64,000 nucleotides of DNA from the NCBI RefSeq assembly GCF_003334305.1, contig NZ_QOWS01000001.1, one strand, 5' to 3'. Below are positions 23,331 through 31,017 of the stretch, in pieces. Made by a program: the position numbers and the translations under genes. The first letter of the stretch is position 1. Each line of letters begins with the position of its first letter. Origin of the DNA: Escherichia coli. Lineage in GTDB: Bacteria > Pseudomonadota > Gammaproteobacteria > Enterobacterales > Enterobacteriaceae. The notes beneath the pieces were generated by a model. The model searched no databases and had not been told where the DNA came from. It saw nothing but the letters and a program-made list of their open reading frames with translations.

Positions 23331-25331
23331 TCATCCTTGTTGCTGAAGCATGGGGAATAATTGTTCGCAAAGTAAAACACCGTTATTCATTGCTTCTACC
23401 CGTGCCTCGCTTTCTGTATTACGAAATTGTCCCAACACATGTGCCAGCCGATAAAAACCGACCGCGGAGAGGTCATTCGCCAGCAACTCTGCCTGACTAA
23501 TAGCGCTCTGTTCCTGATAGCGCCAGCCGTTATGGAGCAGTTGAATAAGTAACGCCTGGCAGCGCATCAGCAACTGATGAGCGGTAGACGGCACAGGCAA
23601 AACGCTGGCAGAAGGTAGCGGTGCCACAGGCGCAGTTTCTGCGTCCAGCGCCCAGGCGCGGGTTTTTGTCATCATCACCCGTGGTTCCAGTGTCAATTGC
23701 CCATCAACAAAACTGACAAAGCCAGAAACCAGACTCACGGGGTCGTCTGTTTGTTGCAAAAGCGCCGCCATGCGTTCAACGGCAAAAGGAGAACAGGCAG
23801 ATGCCGGAAGGGATAACGTCAGGAGATTATCTTCACCTTCGCCGCTGATTACCTGCGCATCCAGCGTCTGGCGGCTGCTATCCCAACCGAGCGAAATACA
23901 CTCAGCGACCGGCAGAATAAATAAGTTATCGACCTGATTAAGAGGCCGTATGCAGGCGGGGGGACGCTGGCGTAAATATTCCCGCAAAGCCACAATGCCC
24001 GGCTGGCGTAACGGCGCGCTCAACATTTGCCAGGCATCAGGCGACAGCGGCACAACGCTGCTTAAGCGGTTGCGGGTAGCTAACAGCAGCTCGCCATCGG
24101 CACTGCGTTTTGCTGCTTGTGAAACAATTTGCCCACCCGCCAGTGCGCCAGCCTGAAAACTAAACAGCCGACGCGTAGCTGCCGGTGAGTTTTCCTGTTC
24201 ACTTCGCGGCCAACTGCGCGAAAGGTGCAAAATACTGCCGGTGTCGGGATCGGTAAACCAGATGCGTAAACCATAATGCTCAATATCCTGCCAGCAACGC
24301 ATACCTAAAGACACCAGCCGCAGATGATCAAGCTTTGCTTCTCCGGCAATGCCAGAGCCAACGACCGTGCGCCACGGCACAGGAGGAACTTCACCAACAC
24401 TGTCGCGCCGGGCCATCTCTTGTGCGCAATTTAATCGACTGTTTAATGCCGCAAGCTGACGTAAGCATTCTCCGGCATGATAGTGGCTGGCGCGGGCGTG
24501 GAAGGCATCAACGCTTGCCCGTAGCTGTCGTAGTGATTCACTCACCCATCGCCAGTTGCAGCGTTCCGCCGCCTGCTGCGCGCGACTGAAAGCGGCCTCG
24601 TAGTGAATAAGCGGCTGGCTGATGCCGCCCAGCCATAATGCCTGGCTTAATTGCTGAACATATTGACGACACGCGTTACCCTCGTCGTTGGCAAACGGAT
24701 CGTCAGATGATGTGACGTGTTCGCTGCGCATCTGCCAGATTAAATGAGTAAATTCCGCTTGCTGAGTTTTGGCCTCGACGAAGGCCTGCACAGCCAGTAC
24801 GACATGTTCGCAAAGTGTGCCTTCAATACAATCACAACGGGCGAAACGAATACTGCTGCGGGAATAAAAACGCACATCGCTCATCGGTAAGCGGGCAGAG
24901 GGAATTTCGCCCGGCGTACAGAACAACTCAATGGTGATGCCTTTAGCGACCAACGCCTGTGCGCGTTTGCGGGTGGCATCGGGCAGGGTAGCCAGTTCTT
25001 CCAGCCAGATTGCCGGATCCCACGCTTCTTCTTTTTCCGTAGGCTGGGCGGTAGTACAAAGTCGTTGATAACTTAACACAAGCATCACGCGATGACGGCA
25101 CATACCGCTGGCCCCGCAGCTGCACTGAGCCTCTTTCAGTGCCTGGCTGTTCGCCAGCTGGGTACGGACACCGTCACTGAAGGTGGCGATTAAAGCGCTG
25201 TTCTCATGGCTGATTTCCGGGACGTTGCCATTTTCCAGTTCCTTAAGACTGCGCTTAACAAAACCGGCATTGCTTAACGCCGTCAGGGCCTGCGGTGTCA
25301 GTTCTAATAATTCCGGACGTAGTGAATTCAT
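23331..25331 (-). CDS. yehQ: SWIM zinc-finger protein YehQ (two CxCxnCxH motifs)
   Basis: Motifs CSCGASGMCRH and CDCIEGTLCEH; start ATG (25331..25329) overlaps yehP stop (ATGA coupling); exact start uncertain. Confidence 0.75.
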   Translation of the reverse strand: MNSLRPELLELTPQALTALSNAGFVKRSLKELENGNVPEISHENSALIATFSDGVRTQLANSQALKEAQCSCGASGMCRHRVMLVLSYQRLCTTAQPTEKEEAWDPAIWLEELATLPDATRKRAQALVAKGITIELFCTPGEIPSARLPMSDVRFYSRSSIRFARCDCIEGTLCEHVVLAVQAFVEAKTQQAEFTHLIWQMRSEHVTSSDDPFANDEGNACRQYVQQLSQALWLGGISQPLIHYEAAFSRAQQAAERCNWRWVSESLRQLRASVDAFHARASHYHAGECLRQLAALNSRLNCAQEMARRDSVGEVPPVPWRTVVGSGIAGEAKLDHLRLVSLGMRCWQDIEHYGLRIWFTDPDTGSILHLSRSWPRSEQENSPAATRRLFSFQAGALAGGQIVSQAAKRSADGELLLATRNRLSSVVPLSPDAWQMLSAPLRQPGIVALREYLRQRPPACIRPLNQVDNLFILPVAECISLGWDSSRQTLDAQVISGEGEDNLLTLSLPASACSPFAVERMAALLQQTDDPVSLVSGFVSFVDGQLTLEPRVMMTKTRAWALDAETAPVAPLPSASVLPVPSTAHQLLMRCQALLIQLLHNGWRYQEQSAISQAELLANDLSAVGFYRLAHVLGQFRNTESEARVEAMNNGVLLCEQLFPMLQQQG

Positions 25332-26464
25332 GACTGAAGATTCTCCGCAAGCCATGATGCCAGCTCGCCCGGTGTCATGGCGGCTATTTGTGCGCCGACA
25401 TTTACCAGCGCCTGGGCCGTATCGTGGTCATAGCAAGGTGTTGCTGTGCTATCGAGCGCTGCCAGTCCCAGCACTTTGATGCAGCTCTGGACACACTTTT
25501 TCACCTGATGCGTCAGTAATGATGATGAACCCCCTTCGTAAAAATCGCTCACGAGGATAATGACGCTTTTCGCTGGTTGTTCAATAAGTTGCCGACCATA
25601 CTCCACGGCACTGGCGATATTGGTCCCGCCGCCCAACTGTACTTTCATTAATAACTCTACCGGATCGGCAACGTCTGCCGTGAGATCAACGACGCTTGTG
25701 TCAAACGCCACCAGATGGGTACGAATGCCGGGTAACTGCCACAAACAGGCCGCCATCACCGCAGAGTGGATCACCGAATCGACCATCGATCCGCTTTGAT
25801 CAACCAGTAAGACCAGTTGCCATTGTTCGCTTTGGCGTTTAATGCGGCTGTTAAAGCGGGGGGATTCGATATACAACTTGCCGTGTTGCGGGTGCCAGTG
25901 TTGCAGGTTGGCGCGCAGAGTACTTTTGAAATCAAAGTTTCGCGCCAGTGGAATAAATGAACGGCGACGGCGATCGCGGACACCAGAAAAAGCCTGACGA
26001 ACTTCCTTTGCCAGTCGCGCCATAATTTCTTCAACAACCTGGCGCACTATCTGGCGGGCGGCAGCCAGTACTTCGGGATTCATCAGATGTTTGGTGTGCA
26101 AAACGGCGCGTAGCAGGCTTTCCGAAGGCTGCATACGTTCCAGCACGTCGAGATTTGTCACCACATCTTCAATGCCGTAGCGCAGTACGGCATCGCTTTC
26201 CAGCCGCTCAATCACCTGTTGCGGAAACAGCGTGTGGATACTGTTGATCCACTCAGGAGTGGTGAGATTTGAGCCACCTAATCCACCAGAGCGTTCACCA
26301 CGCTGGAGCCGTTCAGGATCGCGCCCATACAGCCACTCCAGCGCGTGATCTATCTGCCGGGCGTTGTCATCCAGCCCACAAAGCGTCGTTTCTGCCGCTT
26401 CGCCAAGAATTAATCGCCAGCGTTGTAGCTCACGGGTGGTCAGAAGATCGTTCAGTTCAGACAT
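25328..26464 (-). CDS. yehP: von Willebrand factor A (VWA) domain protein YehP with MIDAS motif
   Basis: 378 aa from MSELNDLLTT; MIDAS DxSxS in LLVDQSGSMVDS; overlaps yehM 3' end by 8 nt. Confidence 0.85.
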   Translation of the reverse strand: MSELNDLLTTRELQRWRLILGEAAETTLCGLDDNARQIDHALEWLYGRDPERLQRGERSGGLGGSNLTTPEWINSIHTLFPQQVIERLESDAVLRYGIEDVVTNLDVLERMQPSESLLRAVLHTKHLMNPEVLAAARQIVRQVVEEIMARLAKEVRQAFSGVRDRRRRSFIPLARNFDFKSTLRANLQHWHPQHGKLYIESPRFNSRIKRQSEQWQLVLLVDQSGSMVDSVIHSAVMAACLWQLPGIRTHLVAFDTSVVDLTADVADPVELLMKVQLGGGTNIASAVEYGRQLIEQPAKSVIILVSDFYEGGSSSLLTHQVKKCVQSCIKVLGLAALDSTATPCYDHDTAQALVNVGAQIAAMTPGELASWLAENLQS

Positions 26465-27098
26465 GGAAAACTCCCCAGTGTTGCAGCGATGCCAGTGCCT
26501 GCTGTTCGAGTTGTTGATGATGTGCAATGGCTTGCGGTGGACAATGCAACGGCATTTGCAGTGCCGAAACGGGAAGTTGCGCCAGTTGATAATGCTCAAG
26601 CACCTGATGCGCCAGCGTTCCGCGTTCTCGTGGCGGTAGCCAGGCCATCGCCGCGCGTAAATCGGGCAGGGCATTGATAAAATCGGCATCACTTAGTTGA
26701 TTTAAATGACTGCTGAAACCGGCGATAAATGTCGGCTGACAGGCCAGTTGATGACGGGCTAATGCCAGCAAACCTTGCAGCGCCTCGCCGGATTGTGCCG
26801 GGGATAACTGCGCCAGCATCGTCAGCGCCGCTTCGGCACTGGCGTTGGGATGTTCCAGACGCATTAGTGCGCCAAGAACCGCGCCGCGATCCAGCGCCGG
26901 GGCATGAATCGCCTGACTGCGTCGCTCCAGTAAGGCTACCGCCGCAGAAAGCGAAACGCCGGATAAATTAACGCCGCTATGTAGATCGCGCAGAATATGG
27001 CAAAGCGCTTGCCAGCTATGCAGGTGAGCGTGAAACTCCTTTTCATCCGGTCTGCCGTTAGATTCACACAGCCACAGCGTGCGATCGATAGCGCGCAT
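26457..27098 (-). CDS. yehM: C-terminal ~213-aa segment of YehM, in a different frame from the N-terminal segment (apparent frameshift)
   Basis: ORF MRAIDRTLWLCESNGRPDEK... continues to a stop overlapping the yehP start; frame differs by one nucleotide from 26936..28735. Confidence 0.55.
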   Translation of the reverse strand: MRAIDRTLWLCESNGRPDEKEFHAHLHSWQALCHILRDLHSGVNLSGVSLSAAVALLERRSQAIHAPALDRGAVLGALMRLEHPNASAEAALTMLAQLSPAQSGEALQGLLALARHQLACQPTFIAGFSSHLNQLSDADFINALPDLRAAMAWLPPRERGTLAHQVLEHYQLAQLPVSALQMPLHCPPQAIAHHQQLEQQALASLQHWGVFHV

Positions 27099-28735
27099 AA
27101 CGTCGTTTGTAATATCTGCGCGCCTTGCATACCGCTAATTTCATCCAGCCGCCATAAGGCATATAGCACTTCCAGCGCCTGGCCCATTTCGGCAAATTGA
27201 TTTTCCTGGGCGATTAATAATGTGAGTTGCTCCAGTAATTGTTGACTGAAGGACGCCAGACCCGCTAACGCCGCCTGGCTAAGACATGTGGTGATACTGC
27301 CGATTCCACCCGCGTCCAGCATATCGGCTTCTAATTTATGGCGTGCGGCTTCCTGGAGTGTTGCACCAAAGCAGGCGGCCTCAATCAATGCCGCATGCTG
27401 GCTAAGCGGGCGGGTTAATTTCCAGCGTTCTTCACCGTTGCCTGCAAGTGTCAGTGTGCTTCCCTGCTGGCGTACAATCCCTGGGATCTCCAGTATTGCC
27501 AGCCGATGTAACACCTGACTTTGCGCTAGTCCATTGGGGTTAAAGCGATTTAAGGTAAGCTCCGCCGGAAGAGAGATTGCGGTACGTTCCAGTTCGCAGG
27601 TGACATCTTTTGGCAGAGGCGGTTGTGGCGTAGAAGGGGCAAGTTTACCGAATCCGTCACCCGCTAATGTGTCTATCAACGTTAGCAGAATCGGATCGGT
27701 ATCGGGATGAATAACGCCGCGATAGCTCCACGGCAACGGCGCATTCAGGGCTTCTTTAATCAGCGAGCCTGCTATGGCATCCAGCCAGTCAGTGCGTAAC
27801 GGTAGTGTATGACCGCGCAACTGTGCCAGCGCCATCGCATGCAGATGAGCGGCAGCCATATCCGCGGTCGAAGCAGGCAACTTGTGCTGGCGCAAACGGG
27901 TGAGAACCGTTTTTAGCAGTTGTTCTCCCGCCTGCTGTAAGCCCCACTGCCAGCACCAGTTTTGCCAGACCGGGGCAGGCATTCCGGAAAGGTATCCTGC
28001 CAGCACATCAAGGCGCTTTTCACTGTAGGGGGTGAGATAACAACCTGTAACGGCATCTGCCAGCGACGGCAATTCTGGCGTGTTAATTTCCTGCGGGCAT
28101 TCGCGCCACATTTTTGCCAGTACCGGAGCGTGCCAGCCACCGCAGACAACTAACACGTCGCCATTATTTTGCTGCATCGCCCATCCAATCCAGCGGGCCA
28201 TAAAGGCTTCGCGCAGACGATTGAGAGCATCTCCGGGGGAGTCGCCCCGCAGTTGGGCAAAATAGTGCGCCAGTGCAGAGGGTAATGCAGTTTGCTGGCT
28301 TTCATCTTCGAACAAGTGATCCCACAGGGTGTCGCTGTTATCCATGCGGGTGGCACGCAGCAGCAAGGCCTGGCTTTCCTCTTGCGTATCAGGCGAATCG
28401 TCCACTTCTTCACTCTGCGCCCAGCAAGGCAAATCGATGAAGTAAGTTTGTGCCTGAATACGACGTGCGGCTTGTAGCGCCTGCCACTCCGGCGAAAATT
28501 CAGCAAATGGCGTCCAGGCACCACGCCCGGGGGCTGCACCGTCCTGATACTGGCAATAACTGTAAATAGCTACCGGAAGCTGGTGGGCTAAAAACAGTTC
28601 GTCTACCCGGTCATTAAAATCAGCCGGGCCTTCAATCAATACGTATCGTGGCCGCTGGCTTTCGATTAACGATTTCACCAGCCGGGCGCAGGCCGGACTA
28701 TGATGCCGGATGCCGACAATTAACGGCTCGCTCAT
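26936..28735 (-). CDS. yehM: N-terminal ~599-aa segment of YehM (unknown-function partner of the MoxR/VWA pair)
   Basis: Start MSEPLIVGIRHH overlaps yehL 3' end by 12 nt; the last ~50 codons before the stop at 26936 look out of frame. Confidence 0.6.
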   Translation of the reverse strand: MSEPLIVGIRHHSPACARLVKSLIESQRPRYVLIEGPADFNDRVDELFLAHQLPVAIYSYCQYQDGAAPGRGAWTPFAEFSPEWQALQAARRIQAQTYFIDLPCWAQSEEVDDSPDTQEESQALLLRATRMDNSDTLWDHLFEDESQQTALPSALAHYFAQLRGDSPGDALNRLREAFMARWIGWAMQQNNGDVLVVCGGWHAPVLAKMWRECPQEINTPELPSLADAVTGCYLTPYSEKRLDVLAGYLSGMPAPVWQNWCWQWGLQQAGEQLLKTVLTRLRQHKLPASTADMAAAHLHAMALAQLRGHTLPLRTDWLDAIAGSLIKEALNAPLPWSYRGVIHPDTDPILLTLIDTLAGDGFGKLAPSTPQPPLPKDVTCELERTAISLPAELTLNRFNPNGLAQSQVLHRLAILEIPGIVRQQGSTLTLAGNGEERWKLTRPLSQHAALIEAACFGATLQEAARHKLEADMLDAGGIGSITTCLSQAALAGLASFSQQLLEQLTLLIAQENQFAEMGQALEVLYALWRLDEISGMQGAQILQTTLCALSIARCGCVNLTADRMKRSFTLTCIAGKRFAIFCAIYIAALIYPAFRFLRR

Positions 28736-28745
28736 GCATCTTTCC

Positions 28746-29834
28746 TCACGGCAGGCGGTGGCGGGCTTGATAATAAGCCTGCCAGTGAGCTTCTTTATGT
28801 GTGGCGACTCGTTGTTCGAAGTAACGGCGCAGACGAGCGCGATCTTCTTCGTTATCTTTGACGATGGTTCCGGCAATGCAGTCCACCAGGTCGGCTGGCT
28901 CACCTGCGCGATTCGCTAAAAACCAGGCGCGGACGCCTACGGCGTGGGCCACGTTCACGGCTTCAGCGGTGGACATAATCGCTGTTAGTGTATCCATTGA
29001 CGTTTTCTTTTCGCCGTTGGCACGCAGATCGCGGAAGGTGCGGACCAGTAACTCCAGTACCGCGTCAGGCACTTTATGCGGAATACCGCTATGGGCCAGC
29101 AAACGCGCCGAAGCACTGGCGACAAGCTCCAGCTCCTGGGCGAAATCCATAATCGGAAAGACAGTTTCAAAATCGAAGCGACGCTTTAGCGCAGCACTCA
29201 TTTCATTGACGCCGCGATCTCGGGTATTGGCAGTGGCAATAATATTAAAGCCTTCTCGCGCATAGAGCTGACTGGCTTCACCAGTGAGTTCCGGCACCGT
29301 CATCACCCTGTCAGAAAGCATACCTAACAGACAGTCTTGCACTTCCAGCGGTGTACGCGTTATCTCTTCAAAACGGACGATTTTGCCGTCGCGCATTCCC
29401 TGGTAAAGCGGGGCAGGGACCAGCGCTTCCGTTGATGGACCATGATTGATAAGCAGGGCGTAGTTCCAGCCGTACTTGATTTGATCTTCGGTAGTAGATG
29501 CGCCGCCCTGGATGGTTAACCCGGCATCGCCGCTAATAGCGGTTGCCAGTAATTCAGACAGGAGAGATTTTGCGGTGCCAGGTTCCCCCACCAACATCAA
29601 ACCGCGCCCGGTGGCAAGAGTGACTAACATGCGTTCGACAGCGGAGGGACTAATCACCACTTTACGGCTAATATTTTGCGCGCTATCGCCAAGGATAAAA
29701 GCACGGGCCGCAGGCAAACTTAACTGCCAACCGGGCGGGCAAGGAGCGTTATCATTTTGTTTTAATTTTGCCAGTTCATCGGCGTATAACACAGCAGCAG
29801 GCGGACGCTGCAGATGATTATTCTGCGGTGACAT
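28746..29834 (-). CDS. yehL: MoxR-type AAA+ ATPase YehL
   Basis: Walker A GEPGTAKS, Walker B-like IVRFEEITR; 362 aa from MSPQNNHLQRPP. Confidence 0.88.
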   Translation of the reverse strand: MSPQNNHLQRPPAAVLYADELAKLKQNDNAPCPPGWQLSLPAARAFILGDSAQNISRKVVISPSAVERMLVTLATGRGLMLVGEPGTAKSLLSELLATAISGDAGLTIQGGASTTEDQIKYGWNYALLINHGPSTEALVPAPLYQGMRDGKIVRFEEITRTPLEVQDCLLGMLSDRVMTVPELTGEASQLYAREGFNIIATANTRDRGVNEMSAALKRRFDFETVFPIMDFAQELELVASASARLLAHSGIPHKVPDAVLELLVRTFRDLRANGEKKTSMDTLTAIMSTAEAVNVAHAVGVRAWFLANRAGEPADLVDCIAGTIVKDNEEDRARLRRYFEQRVATHKEAHWQAYYQARHRLP

Positions 29835-29941
29835 ATATTCATCCCTGAAATGTATTAATGAAATAAACGATATTTTACGCGCAATAAATGTTTGGCGCAT
29901 TAGTTGTTTGAGCAAAAAATATCTGGAAAGCAGATCGCAGT

Positions 29942-30028
29942 AAATAAAAAAACCTGCTGGTGAGGCAGGTTCTTTTATTTACTATTTTCAGGCCTAACAC
30001 CACAGCCTGTGCAACATCGTGTTCCAAC
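29942..30028 (-). ncRNA. orzP: Orz-like antisense sRNA (type I antitoxin), copy proximal to yehL; approximate ends
   Basis: Minus-strand sigma70 promoter (-35 ttgcaa 30058..30063, -10 tataat = plus attata 30035..30040); intrinsic terminator 29951..29971 plus U-run; 5' end complementary to zor leader at 30175..30194. Confidence 0.55.
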
Positions 30029-30034
30029 GAACGA

Positions 30035-30085
30035 ATTATAACCACGGCTGGACCCCGTTGCAATTAAGATAATGAGATTTATAAT
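30035..30085. promoter_or_regulatory. Divergent overlapping sigma70 promoters sharing one palindromic -35 hexamer (TTGCAA)
   Basis: ttgcaa at 30058..30063 is its own reverse complement; plus-strand -10 tataat 30080..30085 (16-nt spacer); minus-strand -10 at 30035..30040 (17-nt spacer). Confidence 0.55.
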
Positions 30086-30266
30086 CCAGACCGTTGGGAC
30101 GTTGCGCCGGATCGAACCTATTTCAAGTCCTGGCTACCGGACGGGGGGTGCTGCAGGTGGTGCCCTGATCCGGAGTGCAACATCGTGGTCCAACATACGT
30201 AAACCAGTATCGACAGGCAGTGTAAGGGTAAGGTGCTGGTGTTGCGCTCCTTAATAAGGAGAGCGG

Positions 30267-30356
30267 ATGGACTCGCTGACACAAAAGTTAACCGTGCTCA
30301 TTGCTGTACTGGAGCTATTAGTGGCTCTGTTACGGTTGATTGATTTGTTGAAGTAA
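30267..30356 (+). CDS. zorP: 29-aa hydrophobic type I toxin peptide, Zor family (MDSLTQKLTVLIAVLELLVALLRLIDLLK)
   Basis: ATG 8 nt after SD ggagag; single TM helix with C-terminal Lys; predicted leader ~174 nt from TSS ~30093; O versus P naming inferred from position. Confidence 0.6.
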   Translation: MDSLTQKLTVLIAVLELLVALLRLIDLLK

Positions 30357-30376
30357 CGGGCAAATTGAAACGCATC

Positions 30377-30404
30377 TAAGGGGGAAAACCGCTTCCCCCT
30401 TTAA
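30377..30404 (+). terminator. Intrinsic terminator of toxin mRNA (copy 1)
   Basis: aaggggga aaaccgc ttccccctt hairpin followed by tt/aat. Confidence 0.6.
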
Positions 30405-30551
30405 TAAAATGATTACTGTTTTTATTAATTCATCATATAACTCATTTTTATTTATAAATTCATCGATTTTATATTCAACGCACCATTTGACCGGGATGTG
30501 AATATTTATGTTGGGCTATTGGCAAAAAATATCTGGAAAGTAGATCGCAGA

Positions 30552-30636
30552 AAATAAAAAAACCTGCTGGTGAGGCAGGTTCTTTTATTTACTACAGTGA
30601 CGCTAACTTGCTGATTGTGCAACATTTCGTACCAAC
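30552..30636 (-). ncRNA. orzO: Orz-like antisense sRNA (type I antitoxin), copy proximal to yehK; approximate ends
   Basis: Same architecture as copy 1: -35 ttgcaa 30666..30671, minus -10 at 30643..30648, terminator 30561..30581; 5' end complementary to leader 30785..30802. Confidence 0.55.
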
Positions 30637-30642
30637 GAATAA

Positions 30643-30693
30643 ATTATAACCATATCCACACTCCATTGCAATTCAGTGAGTGAGATTTATAAT
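30643..30693. promoter_or_regulatory. Divergent overlapping sigma70 promoters sharing a palindromic -35 (copy 2)
   Basis: ttgcaa 30666..30671; plus -10 tataat 30688..30693; minus -10 at 30643..30648. Confidence 0.55.
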
Positions 30694-30874
30694 CCTGCCC
30701 GTTGGGAGGTTGTGCCGGATCGGACCAATTTTAAGTCCTGGCTGCCGGACGGGTGGTGCCGCAGGCGGTGCCCTGATCCGGAGAGCAACGTTTCGTACCA
30801 ACATACGTAAACCAGTATCAACAGGCAGTGTAAGGGTAAGGTGCTGGTGTTGCGCTCCTTAATAAGGAGAGCGG

Positions 30875-30964
30875 ATGGACACGCTGACACAAAAGTTAAC
30901 CGTGCTCATTGCCGTACTGGAGTTATTAGTGGCTCTGTTACGGTTGATTGATTTGTTGAAGTAA
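30875..30964 (+). CDS. zorO: 29-aa hydrophobic type I toxin peptide, Zor family (MDTLTQKLTVLIAVLELLVALLRLIDLLK)
   Basis: Differs from copy 1 peptide by one residue (T3 vs S3); SD ggagag; hand-translated, below ORF-track cut-off. Confidence 0.6.
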   Translation: MDTLTQKLTVLIAVLELLVALLRLIDLLK

Positions 30965-30984
30965 CGGGCAAATTGAAACGCATC

Positions 30985-31012
30985 TAAGGGGGAATACCGT
31001 TTCCCCCTTTAA
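30985..31012 (+). terminator. Intrinsic terminator of toxin mRNA (copy 2)
   Basis: aaggggga ataccgt ttccccctt hairpin. Confidence 0.6.
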
Positions 31013-31017
31013 GAAAG

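Larger units (their letters stand above)
29913..31015. repeat. Tandem direct duplication of a ~500-bp toxin/antisense-sRNA module (two units, period ~610 bp, >90% identical)
   Basis: Units 29913..30410 and 30523..31015 align base for base, separated by an AT-rich ~110-bp spacer. Confidence 0.9.

Noticed and set aside
26457-28735. Annotating yehM as one continuous 759-aa CDS
   Set aside because: The sequence as given changes frame near 27098, so a single ORF cannot be translated from it; reported as two segments plus a frameshift finding.
30072-30254. 60-aa ORF (MRFIIQTVGTLRRIEPISSPGYRTGGAAGG...) and its duplicate at 30680..30862
   Set aside because: Both lie entirely within the long 5' leaders of the toxin mRNAs, have no ribosome-binding site and an Arg/Gly-rich composition typical of GC-rich non-coding sequence; they exist twice only because the unit is duplicated.
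29913-31015. Tandem 500-bp repeat considered as an IS element, MITE or CRISPR-like array
   Set aside because: No terminal inverted repeats or transposase ORF, only two copies, and the spacer is not repeat-like; promoters, terminators and a peptide ORF in each unit fit a duplicated TA module instead.
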